Below are positions 13,101 through 25,624 of a DNA stretch of 64,000 nucleotides, piece after piece (the first letter of the stretch is position 1; each line of letters opens with the position of its first letter). The notes beneath the pieces were generated by a model. The model did no database searches and was not told where the DNA came from. It worked only from the letters and a program-made list of their open reading frames with translations. The stretch covers positions 64,356,001 through 64,420,000 of the forward strand of contig NC_043004.1 in assembly GCF_006345805.1 (NCBI RefSeq). The letters run 5' to 3'. Source of the DNA: Octopus sinensis (lineage: Eukaryota). The position numbers were made by a program, and so were the translations under genes.

Positions 13101-14556
13101 AAAATGAATGGGTACATTGATGGAGCTACTTGCTTTAGGCTGGAGTTGAATTTAAAAGAACAGTGCCAAGGTTGTCTTTTACTGCCAGTAAATGCAGTCA
13201 GCTGCAGCTGATGTTATATCTAAAACAGTAAAGTGCACACGAAACTCTTTAAGGAAGGAATGCACCAAAAATGTCTGGCTAGAATTCAAAGGCTTCAATT
13301 TAGATTAGCGAAAATCTAAGTAATCCTTTGATATTTTATCAACATGGTGGTCATGTTACTGTTATTGTTGTTCTTTGTTTTCTTCTTCTTCTGCTTCTCC
13401 TTTTCCTTCCACTTCTCCATCTCCCACTCCTTCTACTTCTTCTTCTCCTCCTCCTCCTTCGGCATGGTGCCAATCAAAATGGTTTGGTACTGTTACAACT
13501 GCAAAAGCTTACCTTCTGTTTATGTCCAGGAATCACTCTTGCATGGAAATTGGGGAAACTAAAGAAAAGTAGTGCCTGGCTACATGTTGTCACATGTGAC
13601 ATGTAAAGTTAACATATTGTGATGGTGGGGTGAGGTGAAATAGGGTGGGCAAAGATGGAGATTAATGTCAAACCAAGACAATCACCAACTGTAAAAAATA
13701 AGGACCAATGAGGAAGCCTCTATGTGGACAGTCAACTTGCTAGAAACAGTAGTTGAATGCGTGAATCCTATCAGGTTGTTTGTTCCTTCTTGAGCCATGC
13801 CTGGCTCATAAGGGCCTGTTTCCAGGTTTCATTGGCATATGGGTTCCCCACCTAGATGGGAAGCTGGTCCATCACAGGTGAGCCACTAGATGCCATGACT
13901 ATAATTCCACTCCTTGCAATTTCCTTTAAGCAACCAAATCACAATGCATACATGAGTCTTTCTCAGCCTGGGGTTATACTACATATGCAAATGTACCATG
14001 CAGTGGAACTGAACCTGAGACTGCTCAGTTGCAAAATGAACTTCTGAGTTTTCCACAGACCTGTGTACCTTTAACATAATCCTTCAACAGAAACGACTGA
14101 AAAATGCCATTGAATTACTGGTGCAATCCACTTGACAGGCTTCCATACAGTTTCCATTGGCAGCAGTTTCATCCGCAAAACTTTCGGGAATGGAAAAAGG
14201 ATATCGTAAAAGATATAAAGATATTTGCCTAAAACACCACCCTGCTGTAGAATTGAAACCAGTGCTTTGTGATTGTAACTCAAACTTCTTAACAACTTGG
14301 CCATACTACATACATGTATGAGTGTATTATATATATATATATAAGCATGCACACATGCAAACACACTTCTTTGTGCACATACATATATACACAGATTTGT
14401 GTGTGTGCGGATATGTATACATGTACATATATGTATGTGTATATTGTTATGTACAATTACATATGCTTATATATATGTGTGTGTATATGTGTATTATGTA
14501 CATATATGTGTGTATATATTTATATATGTGTATGTGTATATTATGTACATACACGC

Positions 14557-14587
<31 letters not shown>

Positions 14588-15410
14588 CATACATATATGT
14601 GTGTATATTATGTACATATATGTGTATGTATATGTATGTGCATATATATATATGTAAATATATATTATGCATATGTGTGTGTGTTTGTGTGTATATATAA
14701 ACATACATACATACGTACATATATATGTATATATATATATACATATCAATACACATATAAATATACAGCCATACGTGTGGGTGTATATACAAACACACGC
14801 ACCCATATCTATCAATCAATGTGTGTATATAAACAAGATCAAATTTTTTTTTTAAATGTATTGTTTTGCAATCATTGAAGCGTGTATAAAGATGACAGAA
14901 GTGGGGGTGGCCATGATGTGGAGTGGAGGTTGAGGTTAAATTTAGTATTTGTTTACAGTGGTGGTGGTCATGAGTGGAGGAAATGGAGGTGGAGAGGTTA
15001 AACTCAGTATTTGTTTACAGCTGAACTGTAAAGGTCTCACTTTATTATTTATACTAGATTTGTTATTGTTGTTGCTATTGTTGTTTGTTATTGTATTCAA
15101 ACACACACACACACACACACATGTTACATATACAAACACAATGTTTTGTTCTGTTGTTGTTGTTTTTTTTGCTATTTGTCTGCTATCTGCTTACACACAG
15201 CAGCACACACACACTCTTTCACAAATACTTATGCTTTCACACTCCTACTTACACACACACACACACCCACGTAAACATCCGTCTCCATACACACGGTCTC
15301 CCCATTTCTTTTCTTTCTGTTTGCTAACTTTCGTTTTTCTTTAACTGAAAGCTCGTCATCGCCATGATGACGACGACCGTAATGAGTGTATATTTTAAAA
15401 TTAATAAATC

Positions 15411-15443
<33 letters not shown>

Positions 15444-15617
15444 GGCAGCACCATTATCATTCTTATTCTTTTATAATTCTTTATTTCACTTCCCATCCTT
15501 TTTTGCATCCTGTTTGCTTTTTTTTCTTTCTTCTTCATTTGTCTTTTCCCCATCTTCAATTACTCTCAACTAAAATCTTCTTTCTTGCATACACACACAC
15601 ACACACAGGCACGCATA

Positions 15618-15970
15618 TCTTCTAGTTGTTTTAGCCATTTGGCCGTGGCCATGCTGGGGCACAGCCTTAAAGAATTTTTAGTCAAATGAATCGACCCTAG
15701 TACTTGCCTTTTGTTAAGCCTGGTGCTTATTTTGTCAGTTTTTGCCAAACCACTAAGTTACAGGATGTAAACATACCAACACCAGTTGTCAAGCAGTGGT
15801 GGGACGCACACATATGCACTATGGGCTTCTTTCTGTTTCCTTCTACTCAATCCACTCACAAAGCTTCAGTCAGCCAAAGGCTATTGTAGGAAACACTTGC
15901 CCATGGTGCCACACAGTGGGACTGAACCTGGAACCATGTGGTTGGGAAGCAAGCTTCTTACCACACAGCC
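15618..15970 (-). mobile_element. Family-A SINE
   Basis: Homologous to 1648-2054. Confidence 0.85.
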
Positions 15971-16476
15971 AATTGTCTAATATGACATTAGATAAATGAC
16001 AAGGGAGTAGGAATTAAACACTCAACTTCTATAGCTTACAGCTGTTTCTGCTCCCTCAGACTTGGGTCTATGGAAGACAAATACCCAAGGTGCCATATGG
16101 TAGGATTGAACTTGAGACCAAATGGTTAGGAAGCAAATTTCTGAACCACATAGCCATATCTATAACTTATAAGGTTTTCATATATATCATCATCATATAA
16201 AAGAGAGCTACCAATACTTTGAGATACAATAATTTGACAGATTTATATGTCATGTGTCTCCAAGCAATCATCAGGCTTAGCATATACCATTAATCCTATA
16301 TGAAAGCCAGGATACTGTGTGCCACGTGCCACGTGTCACAGTGATTACAGAGAAAAATGAGAGAAGTGTTTCGCTTAAGAATACAATGCACCACCCAGTC
16401 TAGAGATTGAAATCATTATCATTAGGTTGTGAGTGCAACACCCTAACCACTAAGCCTTGCACCATTATGCACACAT

Positions 16477-16526
<50 letters not shown>

Positions 16527-16700
16527 ATAAATATTAGGGAATAAATCCAAATTTACTGGGAAAAAATCAGATTTAGGATTAAATCCAATTTTATAGTAAA
16601 ATATTATAAAATATTATTAGAGACAAAACCACTATTTTGCAAAACAAACAGGAAAGACTTAATCAATACATAAAATTTTAATAAATAGTCAAAAAAACCG

Positions 16701-16743
16701 CCACTACAATTGTTTCTTGTCTTGATCGACAATCTTCAGGTGG
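16701..16743 (-). ncRNA. Intact minimal type-I hammerhead ribozyme (antisense)
   Basis: ccac CUGAAGA uuguc gaucaa gacaa GAAAC AAUU GUA/ gugg. Stem I 4 bp, stem II 5 bp, palindromic CAAUUG stem III, GUA cleavage triplet. Confidence 0.85.
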
Positions 16744-16790
16744 ACTTCCAATAAGTCAGTTTCAATTATGGAAACTGACTTATTGGAAGT

Positions 16791-16833
16791 CCACCTGAAG
16801 ATTGTCGATCAAGACAAGAAATAATTGTAGTGG
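16791..16833 (+). ncRNA. Minimal type-I hammerhead ribozyme (sense to CELF pre-mRNA)
   Basis: ccac CUGAAGA (16795-16801) uuguc gaucaa gacaa GAAA (16818-16821) U AAUU GUA/ gugg. Predicted cut after 16829; U-G replaces C-G in stem III. Confidence 0.8.
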
Positions 16834-17339
16834 CGGTTTTTTTGACTATTTATTAAAATTTTATGTATTGATTAAGTCTTTCCTTGTTTGTTTTGCAAAA
16901 TAGTGGTTTTGTCTCTAATAATATTTTATATATGTATATATATATATATATATACACACGCACACATGTGCGTACACACACAAACACATATAAATACACA
17001 CGCGCACACTCACAAACACATATACATACACACACACACAAACATGCATACACACACACAAATATATGTATATATATACACACAGAGTCTGACAAAGATG
17101 GTCATCTGAAACTTGAAAGTCACTGTCACCTTACTCCATATATAATAAGAGTCTAATGAACATATACTCCATTGAAAAGTTTGATGCTAATTGCTTTTAT
17201 TTATAACTTAACATAAATACAGATATATTCAACAGAAATCTGAAGAATCCACTAGAGTGGATGCAAGTGCTAATATATGATTTATAAAAACATGTGACAT
17301 ATTAATAAAAATCTGTAAATATAAAACCATCCTTATTTC

Positions 17340-17379
<40 letters not shown>

Positions 17380-18114
17380 ATATAATCACAGGCTTCAGTA
17401 CAGTTTCTGCCAATCAAAATCACTTTCACAGAATCAGCGTACACAGGGCTATAGTAGAAGACACTTCACCCATCTACTGGTGCAGTGGGGACTGACGCCC
17501 ACTCACCAAAACTGGCTGTAGAATACAAGGAAGAATATAACAACAATGCCTTTGGTTAATGTAATGAAAGGCCTACCATTCTGTCTTGATGTGGCAGACT
17601 CTTTAATTATTAGTCTGCTGCATCAAGACTGACTCGCAGACATCGGCATTGGCAAAGCTCCTTTCATGCATGCAAACTTGGTTTTTTTTTAAAAAATGTA
17701 AAAGAAGAGATGTTATAAATCTTTTAAAAATTGCAAAATTTACAAAAATAAAATTTTTTTTAAACATAGCACACTAGTCTGTTCCACCTGGGTATTGAAC
17801 CAGTCGTGAAGTGAAGTGAAAGACTTACAAAATCATTTCTTAAAAAAATATATAACAATAATAATAATGATAATGATAAACAAATTCTAAGAGGAAAAAC
17901 TGGAAAATTAACATTAAAAAAATAAGGAAAGTAAATGAATGGTTAAGATAGCTTGTAGCACAAGACAGGATGTCAAAGAATGAAAGTTCTGGGATTTAAA
18001 GAATTTTTACCAACTTTTTATATTTATTTGTTTATTTTGGGTTTTGCTCTTTGAGTTTAACATTTATATATCTATTTTTCAAGTGGGTAAATGTGTTTAA
18101 AATACTAGATAAAT

Positions 18115-18148
<34 letters not shown>

Positions 18149-18153
18149 CATAT

Positions 18154-18193
<40 letters not shown>

Positions 18194-18310
18194 ACACACT
18201 CATACACATATATATTCACACACACTCACACAGAGAATATGATATCCTCTGTGTGTGTTTTTGTGAATGCATGTGTAAATAAATGCTTGGTTTATATACT
18301 TTTTTTTTAA

Positions 18311-18540
18311 TCTTTTACTTGTTTCAGTCATCCGACTGTGGCCATGCTGGGGCACCGCCTTGAAGAATTTCTTTTTCTTTTAGGTGAATGAATCGACCCC
18401 AGAATATATTTTTTACGCCTAGTACTTATTTTATTAACCTTTTTGCTGAACTGCTAAGTTAAGAGGGCAATAAAAATGCCAGCACCAACTGTCAGGAAGT
18501 GGTGGGGGACAAACACAGACACAAAACACACACACACACA
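18311..18540 (-). mobile_element. Family-A SINE, 3' half
   Basis: cttttacttgtttcagtca...gccatgctggggcaccgcc...ggacaaacacagacac. Confidence 0.8.
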
Positions 18541-18597
18541 CTTATATATTTGATTAATGAGAGACACAGAAGATAGAAGACACAAGAATGTTCATTG

Positions 18598-18702
18598 ATC
18601 ACAACAATTGATTCGCCCCATCTAGTATGGTTCCCTCATTGGTGGGATACTTAAAATTAGTTTAGGAGTATCTGTCAGTGTAGATGTGCTTCTTCAGGTG
18701 AT
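18598..18702 (-). ncRNA. Type-I hammerhead motif (antisense) with long stem II and one core substitution
   Basis: aucac CUGAAGA a gc a caucua ... uagaug gg gc GAAU C AAUU GUU/ gugau. Perfect 5-bp stem I and CAAUUG stem III; GAAA is GAAU. Confidence 0.6.
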
Positions 18703-18913
18703 TACATAATGTATCTCATTAAAATAACGATTGTTCCTCAAGATATCTTCTGGGTGTGGGTATAGAAAAGCAGCAAATTAAGGGATACAGCTTCATTTTT
18801 ATTGAAGATCAATTATAAATAACAGATGCAAAAAGAAACGAATATACAATACACGTGATATAGTATTAGATATAACTTAACTGATATGAGTGCATAAACA
18901 CTCTCGCTTATGT

Positions 18914-18945
<32 letters not shown>

Positions 18946-19039
18946 CATATCTCACCAATACTAGCATGGAAGGTGGACATTAAACAATGATGATATATAT
19001 ATATATACACACACACACACAAAGTGATTTTTTTCTTCA

Positions 19040-19175
19040 CAGAAGGCCATCTCCATATCCCTAAAAGTCTTCTTTGCTAATCCAATTCTGCCCTTGATGT
19101 CCTTACCTGACCTTCCATTTGATGTTATCCAACTTCCCAGGTGTATGAAACTCTCCTTCTGCTCTGCTTTCTTGG
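19040..19175 (-). pseudogene. RTE-clade LINE fragment (RT thumb region)
   Basis: Minus frame KAEQKESFIHLGSWITSNGRSGKDIKGRIGLAKKTFRDM resembles the RTE consensus E.V.SF.YLGS.IT.DG....EI..RI..AK..F. Confidence 0.75.
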
Positions 19176-19563
19176 TACAGACCTTTGAGAAGGTTTTCTG
19201 GCTGCATGTCAGATAAGATATAAATAATGGTCACTACATATTTTCTTTATTGCAATAAATTCGTCACATTTATTCAAATTTGCTACAATAAAGTCAAATT
19301 TGCTGCAATAAAGACAAATATCTAATGACTATTATTTATGCTTTGTCTTGTATATCACTCTGTAAAAAAAAGAGTATAGCAGGAGCACAACCAAGGATTT
19401 ACAGTACACAATGGTGATGAACAATAACGTTGGACACTGCCACAAGAATATGTTGAGTTTTTTACTAATCTAAATAATACTGCTGGCCTGATTTACTAAC
19501 AGAGAGATTATAAAGTATTTTGCCCAGATTGCTAATCCCTCACTAATAATTCTGTAATATATA

Positions 19564-19642
<79 letters not shown>

Positions 19643-20072
19643 CTCTAGATGATTGGATAAATGAGAAACCCCTGGATAATGAATCTGTGGAATTATCGGA
19701 GACCTATTGGTTGTTTTGGGTGAAATTTGAAACAAAAGGAAGACCAAAACTGTAGACTTGATCAATAGAAAATGTTAATTGAATCAAATAATGGAATTTA
19801 TTTTTAGAAGAAAAGTGGAAAAAAAAAGTGTGGTGAAAGAGTGTGAAAAAAAAAAGAGGAGATGGGTGTAGAAAGCAAAAATCAAATATAACAAAACTCT
19901 AGATTGAAAAAAATTTTACTAAAAAGATAAAAGTAAATTAAGAAAAATCTAGAAAGCTTTGTTTTGTTTTTTAATTAATTTTTTAAAGATTTTTGTTGTT
20001 CTTTTTGTTTTTTATTTTGTAAATTCTAATCTCATGTCGATATTGATTTTGTTTTTCATTATTTAGTATTTG

Positions 20073-20123
<51 letters not shown>

Positions 20124-20132
20124 AGTGTGTGT

Positions 20133-20170
<38 letters not shown>

Positions 20171-20193
20171 ATGTGTATGTGTGCCTATATATA

Positions 20194-20236
<43 letters not shown>

Positions 20237-20389
20237 ATATACATATATATTTATATGTATGTGTGTGTGTATGTATATAATGTAGATTTTTTGTTCAGTT
20301 CTTTGTTGCATTTAATATTTTTTTATTTTTTCAATTTCTTTTTTTGCATTCTATGTTTGTAATGATTTTTCTCTTCCTCAACATTATTC

Positions 20390-21245
20390 ACTGACATCAT
20401 TCATTGTTAATATCAACATTTTAGACATTGTCCCCACTGTCAATATTCCTTCACTGTTATATCATCATCACTATTGACATCATTAGCTGTCAGCATTGTT
20501 TGCTGTCAATGTCATTCACTGTCAAAATCATAACTGTAAACATCATCACTGCTGTTGACATCATTTTCACTGTTAACATTATTGTGTTTAGTTGTTACTT
20601 CACTATTATTAACATCATCATCACCATCAATGTCGACATCACCATCGATGTCATCATCCAGTGTCATCATCCTCATTGACATCATCATCCCTGTCGACAT
20701 TATCATCCCCATCGATGTTATCATCACCGTTGACGTCATCATTACTATCGACCACCATCAACGTCATCCTCACCGTCAACATCATCATCCCCGCCGACGT
20801 CATCATCACTGTCGATGTCATCATCACCACTGACGTCATCATCACCATCGACGCCATCATCACCATCAACGTCATCATCACCGTCAACGTCATCATCACT
20901 ATCAACATCATCATCATCATTGACATCATCATCCCCGTCGACGTCATCATCCCCGTCGACGTCATCATCCCCGTCAACATCATCATCACTGTCGATGTCA
21001 TCATCACCGTCGACGTCATCATCACTGTCGATGTCATCATCACTGTCGATGTCATCATCACCATCCACATCATCATCACCATCAACATCATCATCACCGT
21101 CATTGTCATCAACACCATCAACATTATCATCACTGTCAACATCACCAGCATCATCATCTCTGTCAACAACATTATCACCATTGACATCATCATCATTTCT
21201 ATTGATGTCATTATCACTGTCAATATTATCATCATTGTCAATGTT
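20390..21245. repeat. 18-bp minisatellite, consensus about GTCATCATCACYRTCGAC, roughly 45 units
   Basis: Period visible directly (gtcatcatccccgtcgac x2, gtcatcatcactgtcgat x3). Purest at ~20760-21070 and decays towards both edges. Confidence 0.9.
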
Positions 21246-21308
21246 GTGTTTGCATCTACTAAGTGTACAGCGAAGCTGATGATGACACCACTACTACAAC
21301 TAATAATA

Positions 21309-21339
<31 letters not shown>

Positions 21340-21987
21340 TGCTACTTCACTTACCACAACCTATTAATTATAAATAGTACTCTGTTGTCCAGCTTGCTCA
21401 ATTGAGTCCACCATTAATACCACCATCACCACTAATTTCTTGAAAGATTTTAATAATAATAATAATAATAACAATTGTAGAAGAATAGTTTTCCAAGTAA
21501 AGCTTCTCAAAATAAGTCTCTTTGTCATGCAACAATAAACTCTTATCACACTCTGTAATCCTATTATAATCCTCGTTAAGAGGAGGCCAGCTTTTTGCTT
21601 TAATTACACACCAACATTGCATTAACATATATGATTAAATATCTGGTGGAACATTCAAGAGATTTTCAACAGAAGTCCTGTCTAAGTTGTGCTGTCACCA
21701 TTGATGTTCTTTAGCCCAAGGTCTGGCTTGATTGAGCAGATCTTTGATTAGAGATGTTCTATGACTGTCTTATCTAAACTGTGATGTCATCATTTTATGT
21801 TGTTATTGATCAAATATGCCCTAGCCATGAACATCATGTCTGAACTATGGCATTGCTATGTGTTGTTGTTGTTGTTTAATCTCCAGGTCATCTCTTACCA
21901 TTCCTTGAAATAGAGCATGAGTAAATCCCAAAGCTTCATCAACATAGTTAATGCTTTATCTTTATTAATTTGCCGTATATTCTTTGG

Positions 21988-22300
21988 TGGAGATGCAATG
22001 GCCCAATGGTTAGGGCAGCGGACTTGCGGTCGGAGGATCGCAGTTTCGATTCCCAGACCAGGCGTTGTGTGTGTTTATTGAGCGAAAACCCCTAAAAGCT
22101 CCACGAGGCTCCGACAGGGGATGGTGGCGACCCTTGTTGTACTCTTTCGCCACAACTTTCTCCCACTCTCTCTTCCTGTTTCTTGACTAATGCTGCTATG
22201 GACTGGCATCCCGTCCAGTTGTGGGGAACACATACACCACAGAAACCGGGCCCATGAGCCTGGCTAGGCTTGAAATGGGCGACGTTTATCGTTTTATCGT
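21988..22300 (+). mobile_element. Family-D tRNA-derived SINE, near full length
   Basis: A-box-like TGGCCCAATGG and B-box-like GTTTCGATTCC in the head; body homologous to 2365-2660. Confidence 0.8.
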
Positions 22301-22554
22301 AAATTCTTGAGTCAAATGAACTTTCAGATAGAATTTTTATAAAATGCAATAATTCTTTTGGTGCTGGTACCACGTAAAAAGCACCCAGTCCACTCTGTAA
22401 AGTGGTTGGCATTAGGAAGGGCATCAGGCTATAAAAAAAACCATGCCTAAGAAGACAACTGGAGCTTGGTGCAGTCCTTGTCAGCTCCTGTTGAATCATT
22501 CAACTCATGCCAGCATGGAAAACAGATGTGATGATGGTCATGATCATGATGAGT

Positions 22555-22970
22555 TCTTTGAAATTCTGGTACAGCTATCTTTAGGAAACAGGGTATTGAT
22601 TACATCAAACTCAGTATATGACTGGTACTTTATTTTACTGACCCTCAAAGAATGAAAGGCAAAGTTAACCTCAGTGGGACTTGAACTCAGATCACAAAGA
22701 GCTGCTAAGGAATACTGCTAAGCATTTTCTTCTGGTGGGCTGACAATTCTGCCAGATCCCCACTCAAAACACCAGCTTAATAATTATTTCAAATTTTTGC
22801 CTCAAGGGCAGCTAGGCGGGAGGTGGTTACATCGACCCTAGTGTTCAACTGGTATTTATTTTATTGACCCCGAAATGATGAAAGGCAAAGTTGACCTCAG
22901 CAGAATTTGAACTCAGAATGTAGAAATACCACTAAGAATTTTCTCCACCATGCAAACAATTCTGCCAGCT
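22555..22970 (-). mobile_element. Two tandem family-B SINEs
   Basis: Homologous to the 10.1-11.1 kb units. Another pair at ~31345-31757 and a single copy at ~43740-43935. Confidence 0.75.
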
Positions 22971-23067
22971 CTCCCCCACTCTAAACACCAGCTTAATAAT
23001 TTCAAATTTTTGTACTAAATTCTTTATTATTTTCTAAATTAATTGAAGCAAAAACAGTAAATTGTCT

Positions 23068-23281
23068 TTATCTTTTTTACTTGTTTCAGTCATTCTTTGG
23101 CCATGCTGGGGCACCATTGAAGAATTTTTTAGTTAGATGAATTGACCCCAGTACTTCATTTTAGGGGTTTTTTTTTAAGCCGGGTACTTATTTTTGGAGC
23201 CTTTTTTTGCTAAACAGCTAAGCTACAGGGATGTAAACACAACAACACAGGTTGTCAAGTGATGATGGGAGACAAACACAA

Positions 23282-23312
<31 letters not shown>

Positions 23313-23456
23313 CATATATGCAACAGGCTTCTCTCAGTTTCTGTCAACCAAATCCACTCTCAAGACTTTGGTCAGCCCGATACTATAGTAGAAGACACTT
23401 GCCCAAGGTGCCATGCAGAGGGACTGAACCTAGAACCATGTGGCTGAGAAGCAAGC
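23068..23456 (-). mobile_element. Family-A SINE
   Basis: Homologous to 1648-2054. Confidence 0.85.
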
Positions 23457-23576
23457 ATGTGTTTATTTGGCAAAAGAAACAAAAAATGACAACCCCAAAA
23501 TACAACATCTGTTTCAACTCACAGTTTCACATTAAGAATCCTGTAACACAAATTCATAAATGTAATCTCATTAAAT

Positions 23577-23625
<49 letters not shown>

Positions 23626-24213
23626 GAAGAATTATTACCATGATTATATAGTCTACAAAATAGTCTGAAGAACTTCAATACAGCATAGAATTATCAATGT
23701 ACAATTGCTGAGTAGTAAACAAGCTTTAATATATTATTCTGTAAGATCTTTTAAAGAAGGTTGTTGACTCTCTCCTCTGCCCCCAACTTGACCCTTCCAT
23801 GCACACAGCAACCACAAACATGATCTTCTTTATCTATATGATTACAAGAGAGAACTTCTCTGAAGTCACCGTACATCTTTTCAACGTAGCAGCTAAATTT
23901 CCTTCGTTAAACTTCAATAGCATTTGATAGTTATTGACTGGACTGTCAGATGAATTTCATACGATGTTGTGCTAAATTTTTGAGGAGAAAAATGTTTTAG
24001 AAAGACCAGTAGAAGCCAAACACAGACTCATACACAAATATTTATACATATATTTAACGTAGATGTGTGGATGAATGGACAGACAGACTGACTGACTCAT
24101 TTATTCATTCATTCATTCATTCTTTCTTTCTCTTAATTTAGAGTAAAATTTAACCAGCCACCTACTTGGTAGCAAGGTTGTGAAGGATAATCTCTTGTCT
24201 TGTTCATCATCCT

Positions 24214-24441
24214 TTAACCTTTCCATTATCGTATTTATTTCGAGATGCTCTCTGCTTCTTTCAATTACTTTAAATATAACAAAGAATTTAGTAAAATAAT
24301 TTAATAATCATTCAGCTAGTGTTAGGAACATAATTTGTGACTAAGGTTTGGTGGAAGATTTTAATTCAAAACTTATGAAAACAAGACATTTGTACTCAGT
24401 GCCAGAACCGGTTTCAGCTGGGTTGGTAACAAAAGGGTTAA
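24214..24441. mobile_element. piggyBac-type MITE with TTAA target duplication
   Basis: TTAA-ccttt...aaaggg-TTAA. Interrupts a repeat whose uninterrupted copy is at ~30826-30925; interior homologous to 31760-32570. Confidence 0.75.
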
Positions 24442-25407
24442 ATCTTGAGGTCTTGCAGATTTTTAGAGTTTCAGATATCATGATCATTTGTAGTGTATAA
24501 GTTAAGGATTTGTGTTCTGTCCCCAAGAACTTGCGTTCAGTCATACTTTGCTCCAGACACGTTGGTATGTATTTTGTTGCTCCAATAATAATAGGTATGA
24601 AGTTGAAAGTGTATCTTGGGTACTGGATGTACAAACACCATACCAATGGTCCATTGTTGTTCTCATTCTCTTGTATTTTTCTTACCACTTTCATATCCAC
24701 ATAGATGTGTGTATAATGTGCTTCCATACAGTTTTTGCCTATCAAACTCATTCACAAGGCATTGCTCAATCTGTGGCCATAGTAGAAGACACTCACCCAA
24801 GGTGCCATGCAGTAGATCTGGCAATTCCTTCTTGTATGATACAAAACTTTCTGTTTTAAACAAATATGTAGGCAACCTTATTTGAATCCAGTGCCGTCAT
24901 GTTTTAATGAGAGTTATCTAGAGTTATCTCCCTGTCACATCGTTAACAACTAGGTGGCGCTCGTTAGATAGAGATAAAAAGACGTGCACAGCCAAGTAAC
25001 ATCCTCTTTTCTTCTCCCACATGGCCTGCAGCTAACTACATTGTCTCCATCTCTGTTCCTGCTGCGGAACTACTCTGCGTTGATTTGAATTTGGTAAATC
25101 CACTATGCCAACCATGGAAGGCGGCAAGATGAAAACCTTTTCTTATTCAACTTCTATTCTGTTCTGTTAAATGTTAATCTACAAGCTGTGTATAAATGCT
25201 TTCATCCTGGATTGGAATAAATACACCAGGTACATGAAGTCTTCGAAAACTCATACAAATTGTTGTTGTTCCTCACTGGATTGATTCCTAAAAGCTATCA
25301 AAGGTTCACCGGATATTATATTAAATTACTGGGCTATAAGCTCGTTAAAAATTCAAATTAGAACCATCCATCAGAAGACTGAATAAATCTATATTCCAAA
25401 CACCAGT

Positions 25408-25624
25408 TTAACAATTTAGATATAGAAAGCCAAAATATTTTACTGGTTTTTATGTTCAAACTGACCACATCTGGCCTCTCACCCCTACCCTACAATGTCA
25501 TTGCAAAAATAAACAATCACATCATTGAAATATTGAAGCTACAAGATAATGCATTATTAATTCAAAATAATGCAGATAAATAAGCTTAACATTTAGCAGA
25601 ATAATTTGAATGCTAAAGGGTTAA
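25408..25624. mobile_element. TTAA-type MITE (second family)
   Basis: TTAA at 25408 and 25621; right end tgctaaaggg-TTAA, left end degenerate (caatttagat). Confidence 0.5.

Larger units (their letters stand above)
16524..16930. mobile_element. Fold-back Penelope-like element fragment containing a 326-bp palindrome
   Basis: Arms 16605-16763 and 16771-16930, 7-nt loop aattatg, one substitution and one 1-bp indel. Non-repetitive sequence continues on the left only; flanked by (TA)n. Confidence 0.85.

Noticed and set aside
14314-14878. Many 60-210 aa ORFs rich in Y/I/C/V/H/T here and at ~26.1-27.6, 38.5-38.9, 50.5-51.1, 59.7-60.2 and 61.3-62.2 kb
   Set aside because: Translations of (TA)n/(TG)n/(CA)n compound microsatellites.
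18388-18399. ATG AAT CGA CCC (MNRP) close to a strong acceptor, resembling the start of the next CELF exon; also at ~15686
   Set aside because: It is part of the antisense family-A SINE body, continues QNIF (or a stop) instead of IQVKPAD, and the ATG is 4 nt past the AG.
20745-21068. 107-aa Asp-rich ORF resembling acidic shell proteins, with overlapping Ser-, Ile/Val- and Met-rich ORFs
   Set aside because: All are read-throughs of the 18-bp minisatellite; the Asp frame shifts at both ends and has no signal peptide.
21988-22075. tRNA-like A/B boxes in SINE heads, here and in families A and E
   Set aside because: These are SINE promoters, not tRNA genes: no complete cloverleaf, and each continues into a repeat body.
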